Origin: Ptychomitrium polyphyllum
Lineage: Eukaryota
Length of the DNA stretch: 64,000 bases
Direction: 5' to 3'
NCBI GenBank assembly: GCA_973851085.1
Contig: OZ316775.1
Coordinates: forward strand, 12,710,001 to 12,774,000
Shown: positions 36,301-47,871 of the stretch, piece after piece
How the letters are laid out: every line of letters starts with the position of its first letter
Numbering within the stretch: position 1 is the first letter of the stretch
The notes under the pieces: model-generated
Database searches by the model: none
Seen by the model: only the letters and a program-made list of their open reading frames with translations
What the model was told of the DNA's origin: nothing
Made by a program: the position numbers and the translations under genes

Positions 36301-37388
36301 TGAGCCACAAACCCTCCCATCACAAGTTTGCTCACCGAAAGGAGGTTGGACTTCATCTTTGGCACATGCAGCACGTCCTTGAAGGTGATCCTCTTGGTCT
36401 TGCCTCCCACAACAACCTCCACCACAATGGAACCCATTCCAATGGCCTCCACCACGCCATTGTCACCCATGAGCACACTAGTGGCTGCAATTGCCTCATA
36501 AGTATGGAATGAGCACTTGTAAGGAGTCATGTGCTTTGTGGCGCCCGAATCAACTATCCACTTGGATAGGGCCGCCATAGGCGCCCCCTCGCTTGCCATG
36601 AAGGCACAATCACCACCTCCAAGGTGGTCCATCACATGGTTGGCATCCTCCCTCTCTCCTTTCTTGGCCTTGAAGCAATTTCGAGCAAAATGACCTGGTT
36701 TTCCACACACAAAGCACGTTCGAAGATTTGGACGTTGATTAGAATAGGTGGCCTTGCCTTGCCTCGAGAAGAGGGCGGAGTCCTCACTTGAATTCGCCTT
36801 CTCCTTCCTCTTGGTGTCCTCGTGGCTCAATCTCGCCGTCACATAGTCCATGGTGAGGTCCTTGATGGGAATGGACTCCAAGGCCACTATGAGATAGCTA
36901 TAGGACTCCGGCAAGCTCATGAGCAATGTAATCACAACATCCGACTCCTCCAATGGCTTGTCCACAATGGCAACTTGCCTTGCAAGGGCCTTCAACTTGT
37001 TAACATGCGCCATGAGGTCGTGGCCTTCTTCCATCTTGCAGTTCAAGAGCTTCCTCTTTGTGAAGATGATGTTGGAGAGGTTCTTGCTCTCATAGATGTT
37101 GCAAAGCGTCTTCCACGCTTCTGCCGGTCCAGTGCAAGAGATGATATGGGCGAAGTTGGCATCATCAAGGTTGGTGGCAAGGATGCCAAAAGCCTTCTTC
37201 TCACGACGCTGGAACTCCTTCCTCTCCTTTGCATCTGCCGACAATGGTGGAGCAACCTCACTCTCATCTATGATGTCCCAAAGGTCCATAGAAGCCAACG
37301 AGAGCTCCATCCTAACCTTCCATTGGTAGAAGTTATCACCATGAAACTTTTGAATGACCCTAAGACCTTCACCTTCACTCGAAGCCAT
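33348..37388 (-). CDS. Copia gag-pol polyprotein, 1346 aa (E7)
   Basis: Uninterrupted ORF with all catalytic motifs (DTDWAG variant). Confidence 0.96.
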   Translation of the reverse strand: MASSEGEGLRVIQKFHGDNFYQWKVRMELSLASMDLWDIIDESEVAPPLSADAKERKEFQRREKKAFGILATNLDDANFAHIISCTGPAEAWKTLCNIYESKNLSNIIFTKRKLLNCKMEEGHDLMAHVNKLKALARQVAIVDKPLEESDVVITLLMSLPESYSYLIVALESIPIKDLTMDYVTARLSHEDTKRKEKANSSEDSALFSRQGKATYSNQRPNLRTCFVCGKPGHFARNCFKAKKGEREDANHVMDHLGGGDCAFMASEGAPMAALSKWIVDSGATKHMTPYKCSFHTYEAIAATSVLMGDNGVVEAIGMGSIVVEVVVGGKTKRITFKDVLHVPKMKSNLLSVSKLVMGGFVAHFNVNGCIVKSLSGDVVATGLRDGNLYFIKCKKVNGVEVAAFAEFIEDQDKFGIWHGRLGHLNVKAMKELQGMVSGLDIGTTCHKAKELACEACIQGKQQRASFPSGVASRASKLLEIVHSDVCGPMRTPSIGGARYFLTFIDDYSRKVWVFILKAKSECFARFKEFKALVEKQCESKIKVLRSDNGGEFLSKCFDDLLRSEGIARQTSTPYTPQQNGVAERANRTIVEMARSMLHAQHLGHELWAEAVVNAVYTRNRCPTSALASMTPEEAWSGKKPCVSHMRTFGCLAYAKVPDCMRSKLDAKGTKCVFFGYCEGSKAYRLMCVESKKIIKSRDVEFLEHKSACEHLEMCPSGSNGVIVDTSSTTKEEGGDVDGGEGTMEGESKATSTLRTSRGASQDDGEHLHPSEEDNPLSEGEGNALQEERPAMSGRRYPMRERRPLGEWWKNHIFPKVSAEHANVALLVDPLTMCDALKSTDAMNWEKAMEEEYKSLMDNGTWHLTQLPPNRSCIGCKWVFRTKRDASGAIVRHKARLVAKGYSQVAGVDFNETFAPVAKFTTIRTILAIAAAMDLEVHQMDVKTAFLNGELEEDIYMEQPPGFVHEGLEHLVCKLKKALYGLKQSPRAWYQRIDAFFRKEGFVRSEADHSLYVMQTMEFLLIVILYVDDLIMLANLSEKLEWLKAKLEQEFEMSDLGELHYCLGVEFVRDRAKRTITMSQKKYMEEVLKRFNMEDCKPVGTPLEANLRLMKLSDEEYAQVEGEMQGVPYKGGVGCLMYAMVGTRFDLAFSVSVVSQHMSKAGPMHWATIKRIMRYLKGTLDFVLCLGGDNIELQGFCDTDWAGDANDRRSTTGYVFFVGVGAISWNCKRQPTIARSTMEAEYMAASHGAMEAMWLRQLLEDIGLVQLGATPIMCDNQGCLAFAKNPKHHSRTKHIDIQHHFIREKIEDGVIDMRYCATEGMLADLLTKALVRDRHQLLTRSIGLKAL

Positions 37389-37838
37389 GGCTTAAGAAGA
37401 GAGGTAACAAAACAAACCTTCAAACGAACTATTTCCTTGACTCCTATGCTTCTCACAAGTCTTCACAACTATGAGTCCCAAGAAAAACCTTTCAACTCAC
37501 TATGTCCACTCAATGAGCACACATATCAATGATCTCACAAGATAACAACACCAAGCACAAGAAAATGGTGTTAGGAAGCTTGAATCCAACAAAGACACTA
37601 TCAAGGTCTTATCACCACTCAAAGCAACTCACTATCCAAGGAGTTTCAACAACCACAACCCTACTAGAGCTTAAGAAACATCAAACCAAGCACCTATATG
37701 TGCAAAACTTCAAAGTTAGGCGTTTCTAACTATATCTTCAATAACTATGAAGTGATCTTGCTCCACACAAGAACAACAACTACAAAACACTTCAAGCTAC
37801 TTCAAAAGGCACAACTAAGAGTGAGTGGGCCCATAACC

Positions 37839-38266
37839 TATTGAAGAAATGCAACAAAGCTAGTACAACAAGCAAGAAGAGAGAGAGCAAAGTTGCAACA
37901 AGAGAAGTGTGGAGCAAGATGACTCGCACTTCCAAAACCCCTTTACTTATACTTGAGAGTCATCCACCAAAATGTGCCACTTGGCGGCCATGCATTTGCC
38001 TCTACTATATGAGTGACATGTGGCGGCTAACTCTAACCCTAGCCGCCGTACCCGCCACCCTAACCCTACCGGCCGCCCTAACCCTAATGGCCGCCCTAAC
38101 CTTAGCCGCCATACAAAACCCTTGTTGCCTTTTCTTAACCCTAGCCTCCATATCCCCTATAGCCTCTTTCCTCACACTCCTTTGACCATTAGCAACATAT
38201 CATGCTCTAAGTCTACACAAGGATACTTCAACTAGGATTACTTTATATGTTTCACACTTTGCAACA
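37839..38266 (-). repeat. LTR L12 (428 bp), joined to RNase H sequence at ATCTT
   Basis: PBS on the left; no PPT on the right. Confidence 0.95.
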
Positions 38267-41200
38267 ATCTTCAATCTTCTCTCTTATGAAGTGATGTTGG
38301 ATGTCAATGTGCTTTGTTCGTGAGTGATGCTTGGGATTCTTGGCAAAGGCAAGACATCCCTGATTGTCACACATGATGGGCGTTGCACCCAGTTGTACAA
38401 GTCCAATGTTGTCCAAGAGTTGCCTCAGCCACATTGCTTCCATTGCACCATGACTTGCCGCCATGTACTCCGCCTCCATGGTTGACCTTGCAATTGTGGG
38501 TTGCCTCTTGCAGTTCCAAGAGATGGCTCCCACTCCAACAAAGAACACATACCCCGTTGTGGAGCGCCTATCATTTGCATATCCAGCCCAATCCGCGTCG
38601 CAAAATCCCTGCAACTCAATGTTATCATCTCCCAGACACAACACAAAGTCCAAGGTGCCCTTCAAGTACCTCATGATCTTCTTGATGGTTGCCCAGTGCA
38701 TGGGGCCGGCCTTGGACATGTGTTGGCTCACAACACTCACCGAAAACGCAAGATCAAACCTTGTGCCCACCATGGCATACATGAGGCACCCCACTCCGCC
38801 CTTGTATGGAACGCCTTGCATTTCGCCCTCCACTTGAGCATACTCCTCATCACTTAGCTTCATCAACCTCAAGTTTGCCTCCAAAGGCGTTTCCACTGGC
38901 TTGCAGTCTTCCATGTTGAATCGCTTCAACACCTCTTCCATGTACTTCTTCTGGCTCATGGTGATGGTCCTCTTTGCACGATCCCTCACAAATTCCACTC
39001 CAAGACAATAGTGTAACTCGCCCAAATCACTCATCTCAAACTCCTGCTCTAATTTGGCCTTCAACCACTCTAGCTTCTCCGAAAGGTTGGCCAACATGAT
39101 CAAGTCATCCACATAGAGAATCACAATCAACAAGAATTCCATGGTCTGCATCACATACAAGGAATGATCCGCCTCACTTCTCACAAACCCTTCCTTCCTA
39201 AAGAATGCATCAATGCGTTGGTACCATGCCCTTGGCGATTGCTTAAGCCCGTACAAGGCCTTCTTCAACTTGCAAACAAGGTGTTCCAAGCCTTCATGTA
39301 CAAACCCTGGAGGTTGCTCCATGTAGATGTCTTCTTCCAACTCTCCATTTAGAAAGGCCGTCTTCACATCCATCTGGTGCACCTCCAAGTCCATTGCCGC
39401 AGCTATGGCCAAGATGGTCCTAATGGTGGTGAACTTGGCCACAGGTGCAAAGGTCTCATTGAAGTCCACACCAGCAACTTGTGAGTATCCTTTGGCAACT
39501 AGCCTTGCCTTGTGCCTCACAATTGCACCCGAAGCATCCCTCTTGGTTCTAAACACCCACTTGCAACCTATGCAAGAACGATTTGGAGGAAGTTGAGTCA
39601 AGTGCCATGTGCCATTGTCCATGAGCGACTTGTACTCCTCTTCCATGGCCTTCTCCCAGTTCATTGCATCCGTGGACTTCAAGGCATCGCACATAGTTAA
39701 AGGATCAACGAGGAGGGCAACATTGGCATGTTCTGCACTCACTTTTGGAAAGATGTGGTTCTTCCACCATTCACCAAGTGGCCTCCTCTCCCTCATGGGA
39801 TACCTCCTTCCACTCATTGCAGGCCTCTCTTCTTGTAATGCATCCCCTTCTCCTTCACTTAGAGGATTATCCTCCTCACTTGGATGAAGATGCTCACCAT
39901 CATCTTGTGAGGCTCCTCTGCTGGTCTTAAGGGTGGAAGTCGCCTTGCTCTCCCCCTCCATTGTTCCTTCACCTCCATCCACATCTCCACCTTCTTCCTT
40001 GGTTGTTGTGGAGGATGTGTCCACAATCACACCATTACTCCCACTTGGACACATCCCCAAGTGCTCACAAGCACTCTTGTGCTCCAAGAACTCAACATCA
40101 CCACTCTTGATGATCTTCTTGCTCTCCACACACATCAACCTATATGCTTTGCTGCCCTCACAGTAACCCAAGAACACACACTTTGTACCCTTTGCATCAA
40201 GCTTGGACCTCATGCAATCTTGAACCTTTGCATATGCAAGGCATCCGAAGGTCCTCATGTGTGAAACACAAGGCTTCTTACCACTCCAAGCTTCTTCGGG
40301 GGTCATGGATGCAAGGGCACTTGTGGGGCACCTATTTCTTGTGTACACCGCATTCACCACCGCTTCCGCCCACAACTCATGTCCAAGATGTTGGGCATGA
40401 AGCATGCTCCTCGCCATCTCCACAATGGTGCGATTTGCCCTCTCAGCAACTCCATTTTGTTGTGGAGTGTATGGAGTGGAGGTTTGCCTTGCAATGCCTT
40501 CACTCCTCAACAAGTCATCAAAACATTTGGATAAGAACTCACCACCATTATCCGAACGCAACACCTTGATCTTGGACTCACATTGCTTCTCCACGAGCGC
40601 CTTGAACTCCTTGAATCTTGCGAAGCATTCGCTCTTGGCCTTGAGGATGAACACCCATACTTTCCTCGAATAATCATCAATGAAGGTGAGGAAGTACCTT
40701 GCTCCCCCGATGGATGGAGTCCTCATAGGCCCGCACACGTCGGAATGCACAATCTCCAACAATTTGCTTGCACGACTTGCCACTCCACTTGGAAACGACG
40801 CCCTTTGCTGCTTGCCTTGGATGCAAGCCTCACAAGCAAGTTCCTTGGCCTTGTGGCATGTTGTACCGATATCCAAGCCGCTTACCATGCCTTGGAGCTC
40901 CTTCATGGCCTTCACATTGAGGTGCCCAAGGCGCCCATGCCATATGCCAAACTTGTCTTGGTCTTCAATGAACTCAGCAAAGGCCGCCACCTCCACTCCA
41001 TTCACCTTCTTACACTTGATGAAGTACAAGTTGCCATCCCTCAACCCCGTGGCAACCACATCTCCACTCAATGACTTCACAATACATCCATTCACATTGA
41101 AATGAGCCACAAACCCTCCCATCACAAGTTTGCTCACCGAAAGGAGGTTGGACTTCATCTTTGGCACATGCAGCACGTCCTTGAAGGTGATCCTCTTGGT

Positions 41201-42190
41201 CTTGCCTCCCACAACAACCTCCACCACAATGGAACCCATTCCAATGGCCTCCACCACGCCATTGTCACCCATGAGCACACTAGTGGCTGCAATTGCCTCA
41301 TAAGTATGGAATGAGCACTTGTAAGGAGTCATGTGCTTTGTGGCGCCCGAATCAACTATCCACTTGGATAGGGCCGCCATAGGCGCCCCCTCGCTTGCCA
41401 TGAAGGCACAATCACCACCTCCAAGGTGGTCCATCACATGGTTGGCATCCTCCCTCTCTCCTTTCTTGGCCTTGAAGCAATTTCGAGCAAAATGACCTGG
41501 TTTTCCACACACAAAGCACGTTCGAAGATTTGGACGTTGATTAGAATAGGTGGCCTTGCCTTGCCTCGAGAAGAGGGCGGAGTCCTCACTTGAATTCGCC
41601 TTCTCCTTCCTCTTGGTGTCCTCGTGGCTCAATCTCGCCGTCACATAGTCCATGGTGAGGTCCTTGATGGGAATGGACTCCAAGGCCACTATGAGATAGC
41701 TATAGGACTCCGGCAAGCTCATGAGCAATGTAATCACAACATCCGACTCCTCCAATGGCTTGTCCACAATGGCAACTTGCCTTGCAAGGGCCTTCAACTT
41801 GTTAACATGCGCCATGAGGTCGTGGCCTTCTTCCATCTTGCAGTTCAAGAGCTTCCTCTTTGTGAAGATGATGTTGGAGAGGTTCTTGCTCTCATAGATG
41901 TTGCAAAGCGTCTTCCACGCTTCTGCCGGTCCAGTGCAAGAGATGATATGGGCGAAGTTGGCATCATCAAGGTTGGTGGCAAGGATGCCAAAAGCCTTCT
42001 TCTCACGACGCTGGAACTCCTTCCTCTCCTTTGCATCTGCCGACAATGGTGGAGCAACCTCACTCTCATCTATGATGTCCCAAAGGTCCATAGAAGCCAA
42101 CGAGAGCTCCATCCTAACCTTCCATTGGTAGAAGTTATCACCATGAAACTTTTGAATGACCCTAAGACCTTCACCTTCACTCGAAGCCAT
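38252..42190 (-). CDS. Copia gag-pol, 1312 aa (E8), RNase H C-terminus replaced by LTR-derived CCKV
   Basis: Open ORF that lacks the final ADLLTKAL motif and the PPT; probably defective. Confidence 0.85.
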   Translation of the reverse strand: MASSEGEGLRVIQKFHGDNFYQWKVRMELSLASMDLWDIIDESEVAPPLSADAKERKEFQRREKKAFGILATNLDDANFAHIISCTGPAEAWKTLCNIYESKNLSNIIFTKRKLLNCKMEEGHDLMAHVNKLKALARQVAIVDKPLEESDVVITLLMSLPESYSYLIVALESIPIKDLTMDYVTARLSHEDTKRKEKANSSEDSALFSRQGKATYSNQRPNLRTCFVCGKPGHFARNCFKAKKGEREDANHVMDHLGGGDCAFMASEGAPMAALSKWIVDSGATKHMTPYKCSFHTYEAIAATSVLMGDNGVVEAIGMGSIVVEVVVGGKTKRITFKDVLHVPKMKSNLLSVSKLVMGGFVAHFNVNGCIVKSLSGDVVATGLRDGNLYFIKCKKVNGVEVAAFAEFIEDQDKFGIWHGRLGHLNVKAMKELQGMVSGLDIGTTCHKAKELACEACIQGKQQRASFPSGVASRASKLLEIVHSDVCGPMRTPSIGGARYFLTFIDDYSRKVWVFILKAKSECFARFKEFKALVEKQCESKIKVLRSDNGGEFLSKCFDDLLRSEGIARQTSTPYTPQQNGVAERANRTIVEMARSMLHAQHLGHELWAEAVVNAVYTRNRCPTSALASMTPEEAWSGKKPCVSHMRTFGCLAYAKVQDCMRSKLDAKGTKCVFLGYCEGSKAYRLMCVESKKIIKSGDVEFLEHKSACEHLGMCPSGSNGVIVDTSSTTTKEEGGDVDGGEGTMEGESKATSTLKTSRGASQDDGEHLHPSEEDNPLSEGEGDALQEERPAMSGRRYPMRERRPLGEWWKNHIFPKVSAEHANVALLVDPLTMCDALKSTDAMNWEKAMEEEYKSLMDNGTWHLTQLPPNRSCIGCKWVFRTKRDASGAIVRHKARLVAKGYSQVAGVDFNETFAPVAKFTTIRTILAIAAAMDLEVHQMDVKTAFLNGELEEDIYMEQPPGFVHEGLEHLVCKLKKALYGLKQSPRAWYQRIDAFFRKEGFVRSEADHSLYVMQTMEFLLIVILYVDDLIMLANLSEKLEWLKAKLEQEFEMSDLGELHYCLGVEFVRDRAKRTITMSQKKYMEEVLKRFNMEDCKPVETPLEANLRLMKLSDEEYAQVEGEMQGVPYKGGVGCLMYAMVGTRFDLAFSVSVVSQHMSKAGPMHWATIKKIMRYLKGTLDFVLCLGDDNIELQGFCDADWAGYANDRRSTTGYVFFVGVGAISWNCKRQPTIARSTMEAEYMAASHGAMEAMWLRQLLDNIGLVQLGATPIMCDNQGCLAFAKNPKHHSRTKHIDIQHHFIREKIEDCCKV

Positions 42191-42640
42191 GGCTTAAGAA
42201 GAGAGGTAACAAAACAAACCTTCAAACGAACTATTTCCTTGACTCCTATGCTTCTCACAAGTCTTCACAACTATGAGTCCCAAGAAAAACCTTTCAACTC
42301 ACTATGTCCACTCAATGAGCACACATATCAATGATCTCACAAGATAACAACACCAAGCACAAGAAAATGGTGTTAGGAAGCTTGAATCCAACAAAGACAC
42401 TATCAAGGTCTTATCACCACTCAAAGCAACTCACTATCCAAGGAGTTTCAACAACCACAACCCTACTAGAGCTTAAGAAACATCAAACCAAGCACCTATA
42501 TGTGCAAAACTTCAAAGTTAGGCGTTTCTAACTATATCTTCAATAACTATGAAGTGATCTTGCTCCACACAAGAACAACAACTACAAAACACTTCAAGCT
42601 ACTTCAAAAGGCACAACTAAGAGTGAGTGGGCCCATAACC

Positions 42641-43068
42641 TATTGAAGAAATGCAACAAAGCTAGTACAACAAGCAAGAAGAGAGAGAGCAAAGTTGCAA
42701 CAAGAGAAGTGTGGAGCAAGATGACTCGCACTTCCAAAACCCCTTTACTTATACTTGAGAGTCATCCACCAAAATGTGCCACTTGGCGGCCATGCATTTG
42801 CCTCTACTATATGAGTGACATGTGGCGGCTAACTCTAACCCTAGCCGCCGTACCCGCCACCCTAACCCTACCGGCCGCCCTAACCCTAATGGCCGCCCTA
42901 ACCTTAGCCGCCATACAAAACCCTTGTTGCCTTTTCTTAACCCTAGCCTCCATATCCCCTATAGCCTCTTTCCTCACACTCCTTTGACCATTAGCAACAT
43001 ATCATGCTCTAAGTCTACACAAGGATACTTCAACTAGGATTACTTTATATGTTTCACACTTTGCAACA
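42641..43068 (-). repeat. LTR L13 (428 bp), same sequence variants and same ATCTT junction as L12
   Basis: Private CCCTACCGGCC variant shared with L12. Confidence 0.95.
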
Positions 43069-46000
43069 ATCTTCAATCTTCTCTCTTATGAAGTGATGTT
43101 GGATGTCAATGTGCTTTGTTCGTGAGTGATGCTTGGGATTCTTGGCAAAGGCAAGACATCCCTGATTGTCACACATGATGGGCGTTGCACCCAGTTGTAC
43201 AAGTCCAATGTTGTCCAAGAGTTGCCTCAGCCACATTGCTTCCATTGCACCATGACTTGCCGCCATGTACTCCGCCTCCATGGTTGACCTTGCAATTGTG
43301 GGTTGCCTCTTGCAGTTCCAAGAGATGGCTCCCACTCCAACAAAGAACACATACCCCGTTGTGGAGCGCCTATCATTTGCATATCCAGCCCAATCCGCGT
43401 CGCAAAATCCCTGCAACTCAATGTTATCATCTCCCAGACACAACACAAAGTCCAAGGTGCCCTTCAAGTACCTCATGATCTTCTTGATGGTTGCCCAGTG
43501 CATGGGGCCGGCCTTGGACATGTGTTGGCTCACAACACTCACCGAAAACGCAAGATCAAACCTTGTGCCCACCATGGCATACATGAGGCACCCCACTCCG
43601 CCCTTGTATGGAACGCCTTGCATTTCGCCCTCCACTTGAGCATACTCCTCATCACTTAGCTTCATCAACCTCAAGTTTGCCTCCAAAGGCGTTTCCACTG
43701 GCTTGCAGTCTTCCATGTTGAATCGCTTCAACACCTCTTCCATGTACTTCTTCTGGCTCATGGTGATGGTCCTCTTTGCACGATCCCTCACAAATTCCAC
43801 TCCAAGACAATAGTGTAACTCGCCCAAATCACTCATCTCAAACTCCTGCTCTAATTTGGCCTTCAACCACTCTAGCTTCTCCGAAAGGTTGGCCAACATG
43901 ATCAAGTCATCCACATAGAGAATCACAATCAACAAGAATTCCATGGTCTGCATCACATACAAGGAATGATCCGCCTCACTTCTCACAAACCCTTCCTTCC
44001 TAAAGAATGCATCAATGCGTTGGTACCATGCCCTTGGCGATTGCTTAAGCCCGTACAAGGCCTTCTTCAACTTGCAAACAAGGTGTTCCAAGCCTTCATG
44101 TACAAACCCTGGAGGTTGCTCCATGTAGATGTCTTCTTCCAACTCTCCATTTAGAAAGGCCGTCTTCACATCCATCTGGTGCACCTCCAAGTCCATTGCC
44201 GCAGCTATGGCCAAGATGGTCCTAATGGTGGTGAACTTGGCCACAGGTGCAAAGGTCTCATTGAAGTCCACACCAGCAACTTGTGAGTATCCTTTGGCAA
44301 CTAGCCTTGCCTTGTGCCTCACAATTGCACCCGAAGCATCCCTCTTGCTTCTAAACACCCACTTGCAACCTATGCAAGAACGATTTGGAGGAAGTTGAGT
44401 CAAGTGCCATGTGCCATTGTCCATCAGCGACTTGTACTCCTCTTCCATGGCCTTCTCCCAGTTCATTGCATCCGTGGACTTCAAGGCATCGCACATAGTT
44501 AAAGGATCAACGAGGAGGGCAACATTGGCATGTTCTGCACTCACTTTTGGAAAGATGTGGTTCTTCCACCATTCACCAAGTGGCCTCCTCTCCCTCATGG
44601 GATACCTCCTTCCACTCATTGCAGGCCTCTCTTCTTGTAATGCATCCCCTTCTCCTTCACTTAGAGGATTATCCTCCTCACTTGGATGAAGATGCTCACC
44701 ATCATCTTGTGAGGCTCCTCTGCTGGTCTTAAGGGTGGAAGTCGCCTTGCTCTCCCCCTCCATTGTTCCTTCACCTCCATCCACATCTCCACCTTCTTCC
44801 TTGGTTGTTGTGGAGGATGTGTCCACAATCACACCATTACTCCCACTTGGACACATCCCCAAGTGCTCACAAGCACTCTTGTGCTCCAAGAACTCAACAT
44901 CACCACTCTTGATGATCTTCTTGCTCTCCACACACATCAACCTATATGCTTTGCTGCCCTCACAGTAACCCAAGAACACACACTTTGTACCCTTTGCATC
45001 AAGCTTGGACCTCATGCAATCTTGAACCTTTGCATATGCAAGGCATCCGAAGGTCCTCATGTGTGAAACACAAAGGCTTCTTACCACTCCAAGCTTCTTC
45101 GGGGGTCATGGATGCAAGGGCACTTGTGGGGCACCTATTTCTTGTGTACACCGCATTCACCACCGCTTCCGCCCACAACTCATGTCCAAGATGTTGGGCA
45201 TGAAGCATGCTCCTCGCCATCTCCACAATGGTGCGATTTGCCCTCTCAGCAACTCCATTTTGTTGTGGAGTGTATGGAGTGGAGGTTTGCCTTGCAATGC
45301 CTTCACTCCTCAACAAGTCATCAAAACATTTGGATAAGAACTCACCACCATTATCCGAACGCAACACCTTGATCTTGGACTCACATTGCTTCTCCACAAG
45401 CGCCTTGAACTCCTTGAATCTTGCAAAGCATTCGCTCTTGGCCTTGAGGATGAACACCCATACTTTCCTCAAATAATCATCAATGAAGGTGAGGAAGTAC
45501 CTTGCTCCCCCGATGGATGGAGTCCTCATAGGCCCGCCCACGTCGGAATGCGCAATCTCCAACAATTTGCTTGCACGACTTGCCACTCCACTTGGAAACG
45601 ACGCCCTTTGTTGCTTGCCTTGGATGCAAGCCTCACAAGCAAGTTCCTTGGCCTTGTGGCATGTTGTACCGAGATCCAAGCCGCTTACCATGCCTTGGAG
45701 CTCCTTCATGGCCTTCACATTGAGGTGCCCAAGGCGCCCATGCCATATGCCAAACTTGTCTTGGTCTTCAATGAACTCAGCAAAGGCCGCCACCTCCACT
45801 TCATTCACCTTCTTACACTTGATGAAGTACAAGTTGCCATCCCTCAACCCCGTGGCAACCACATCTCCACTCAATGACTTCACAATACATCCATTCACAT
45901 TGAAATGAGCCACAAACCCTCCCATCACAAGTTTGCTCACCGAAAGGAGGTTGGACTTCATCTTTGGCACATGCAGCACGTCCTTGAAGGTGATCCTCTT

Positions 46001-46993
46001 GGTCTTGCCTCCCACAACAACCTCCACCACAATGGAACCCATTCCAATGGCCTCCACCACGCCATTGTCACCCATGAGCACACTAGTGGCTGCAATTGCC
46101 TCATAAGTATGGAATGAGCACTTGTAAGGAGTCATGTGCTTTGTGGCGCCCGAATCAACTATCCACTTGGACAAGGCCGCCATAGGCGCCCCCTCGCTTG
46201 CCATGAAGGCACAATCACCACCTCCAAGGTGGTCCATCACATGGTTGGCATCCTCCCTCTCTCCTTTCTTGGCCTTGAAGCAATTTCGAGCAAAATGACC
46301 TGGTTTTCCACACACAAAGCGCATTCGAAGATTTGGACGTTGATTAGAATAGGTGGCCTTGCCTTGCCTCGAGAAGAGGGCGGAGTCCTCACTTGAATTC
46401 GCCTTCTCCTTCCTCTTGGTGTCCTCGTGGCTCAATCTCGCCGTCACATAGTCCATGGTGAGGTCCTTGATGGGAATGGACTCCAAGGCCACTATGAGAT
46501 AGCTATAGGACTCCGGCAAGCTCATGAGCAATGTAATCACAACATCCGACTCGTCCAATGGCTTGTCCACAATGGCAACTTGCCTTGCAAGGGCCTTCAA
46601 CTTGTTCACATGCGCCATGAGGTCGTGGCCTTCTTCCATCTTGCAGTTCAAGAGCTTCCTCTTTGTGAAGATGATGTTGGAGAGGTTCTTGCTCTCATAG
46701 ATGTTGCAAAGCGTCTTCCACGCTTCTGCCGGTCCAGTGCAAGAGATGATATGGGCGAAGTTGGCATCATTAAGGTTGGTGGCAAGGATGCCAAAAGCCT
46801 TCTTCTCACGACGCTGGAACTCCTTCCTCTCCTTTGCATCTGCCGACAATGGTGGAGCAACCTCACTCTCATCTATGATGTCCCAAAGGTCCATAGAAGC
46901 CAACGAGAGCTCCATCCTAACCTTCCATTGGTAGAAGTAATCACCATGAAACTTTTGAATGACCCTAAGACCTTCACCTTCACTCGAAGCCAT
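43069..46993 (-). pseudogene. Copy E9 gag-pol, 3'-truncated, 1-bp frameshift at ~45072-45074
   Basis: ORFs 44999-46993 and 43054-45087. The extra A may be a sequencing error. Confidence 0.88.
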
Positions 46994-47443
46994 GGCTTAA
47001 GAAGAGAGGTAACAAAACAAACCTTCAAACGAACTATTTCCTTGACTCCTATACTTCTCACAAGTCTTCACAACTATGAGTCCCAAGAAAAACCTTTCAA
47101 CTCACTATGTCCACTCAATGAGCACACATATCAATGAACTCACAAGACAACAACACCAAGCACAACAAAATGGTGTTAGGAAGCTTGAATCCAACAAAGA
47201 CACTATCAAGGTCTTATCACCACTCAAAACAACTCACTATCCAAGGAGTTTCAACAACCACAACCCTACTAGAGCTCAAGAAACATCAAACCAAGCACCT
47301 ACATGTGCAAAACTTCAAAGTTAGGCGTTTCTAATTCTATCTTCAATAACTATGAAGTGATCTTGCTCCACACAAGAACAACAACTACAAAACACTTCAA
47401 GCTACTTCAAAAGGCACAACTAAGTGTGAGTGGGCCCATAACC

Positions 47444-47871
47444 TATTGAAGAAATGCAACAAAGCTAGTACAGCAAGCAAGAAGAGAGAGAGCAAAGTTG
47501 CAACAAGAGAAGTGTGGAGCAAGATGACTCCCACTTCCAAAACCCCTTTACTTATACTTGAGAGTCATCCACCAAAATGTGCCACTTGGCGGCCATGCAT
47601 TTGCCTCCACTATATGAGTGACATGTGGCGGCTAACTCTAACCCTAGCCGCCGTAGCCGCCACCCTAACCCTAACGGCCGCCCTAACCCTAATGGCCGCC
47701 CTAACCCTAGCCGCCATACAAAACCCTTGTTGCCTTTTCTTAACCCTAGCCTCCATATCCCCTATAGCCTCTTTCCTCACACTCCTTTGACCATTAGCAA
47801 CATATCATGCTCTAAGTCTACACAAGGATACTTCAACTAGGATTACTTTATATGTTTCACACTTTGCAACA
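47444..47871 (-). repeat. LTR L14 (428 bp), 5' LTR of E9, inserted into the + strand copy F at GGTAT
   Basis: Orientation switches exactly at the LTR terminus. Confidence 0.95.
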
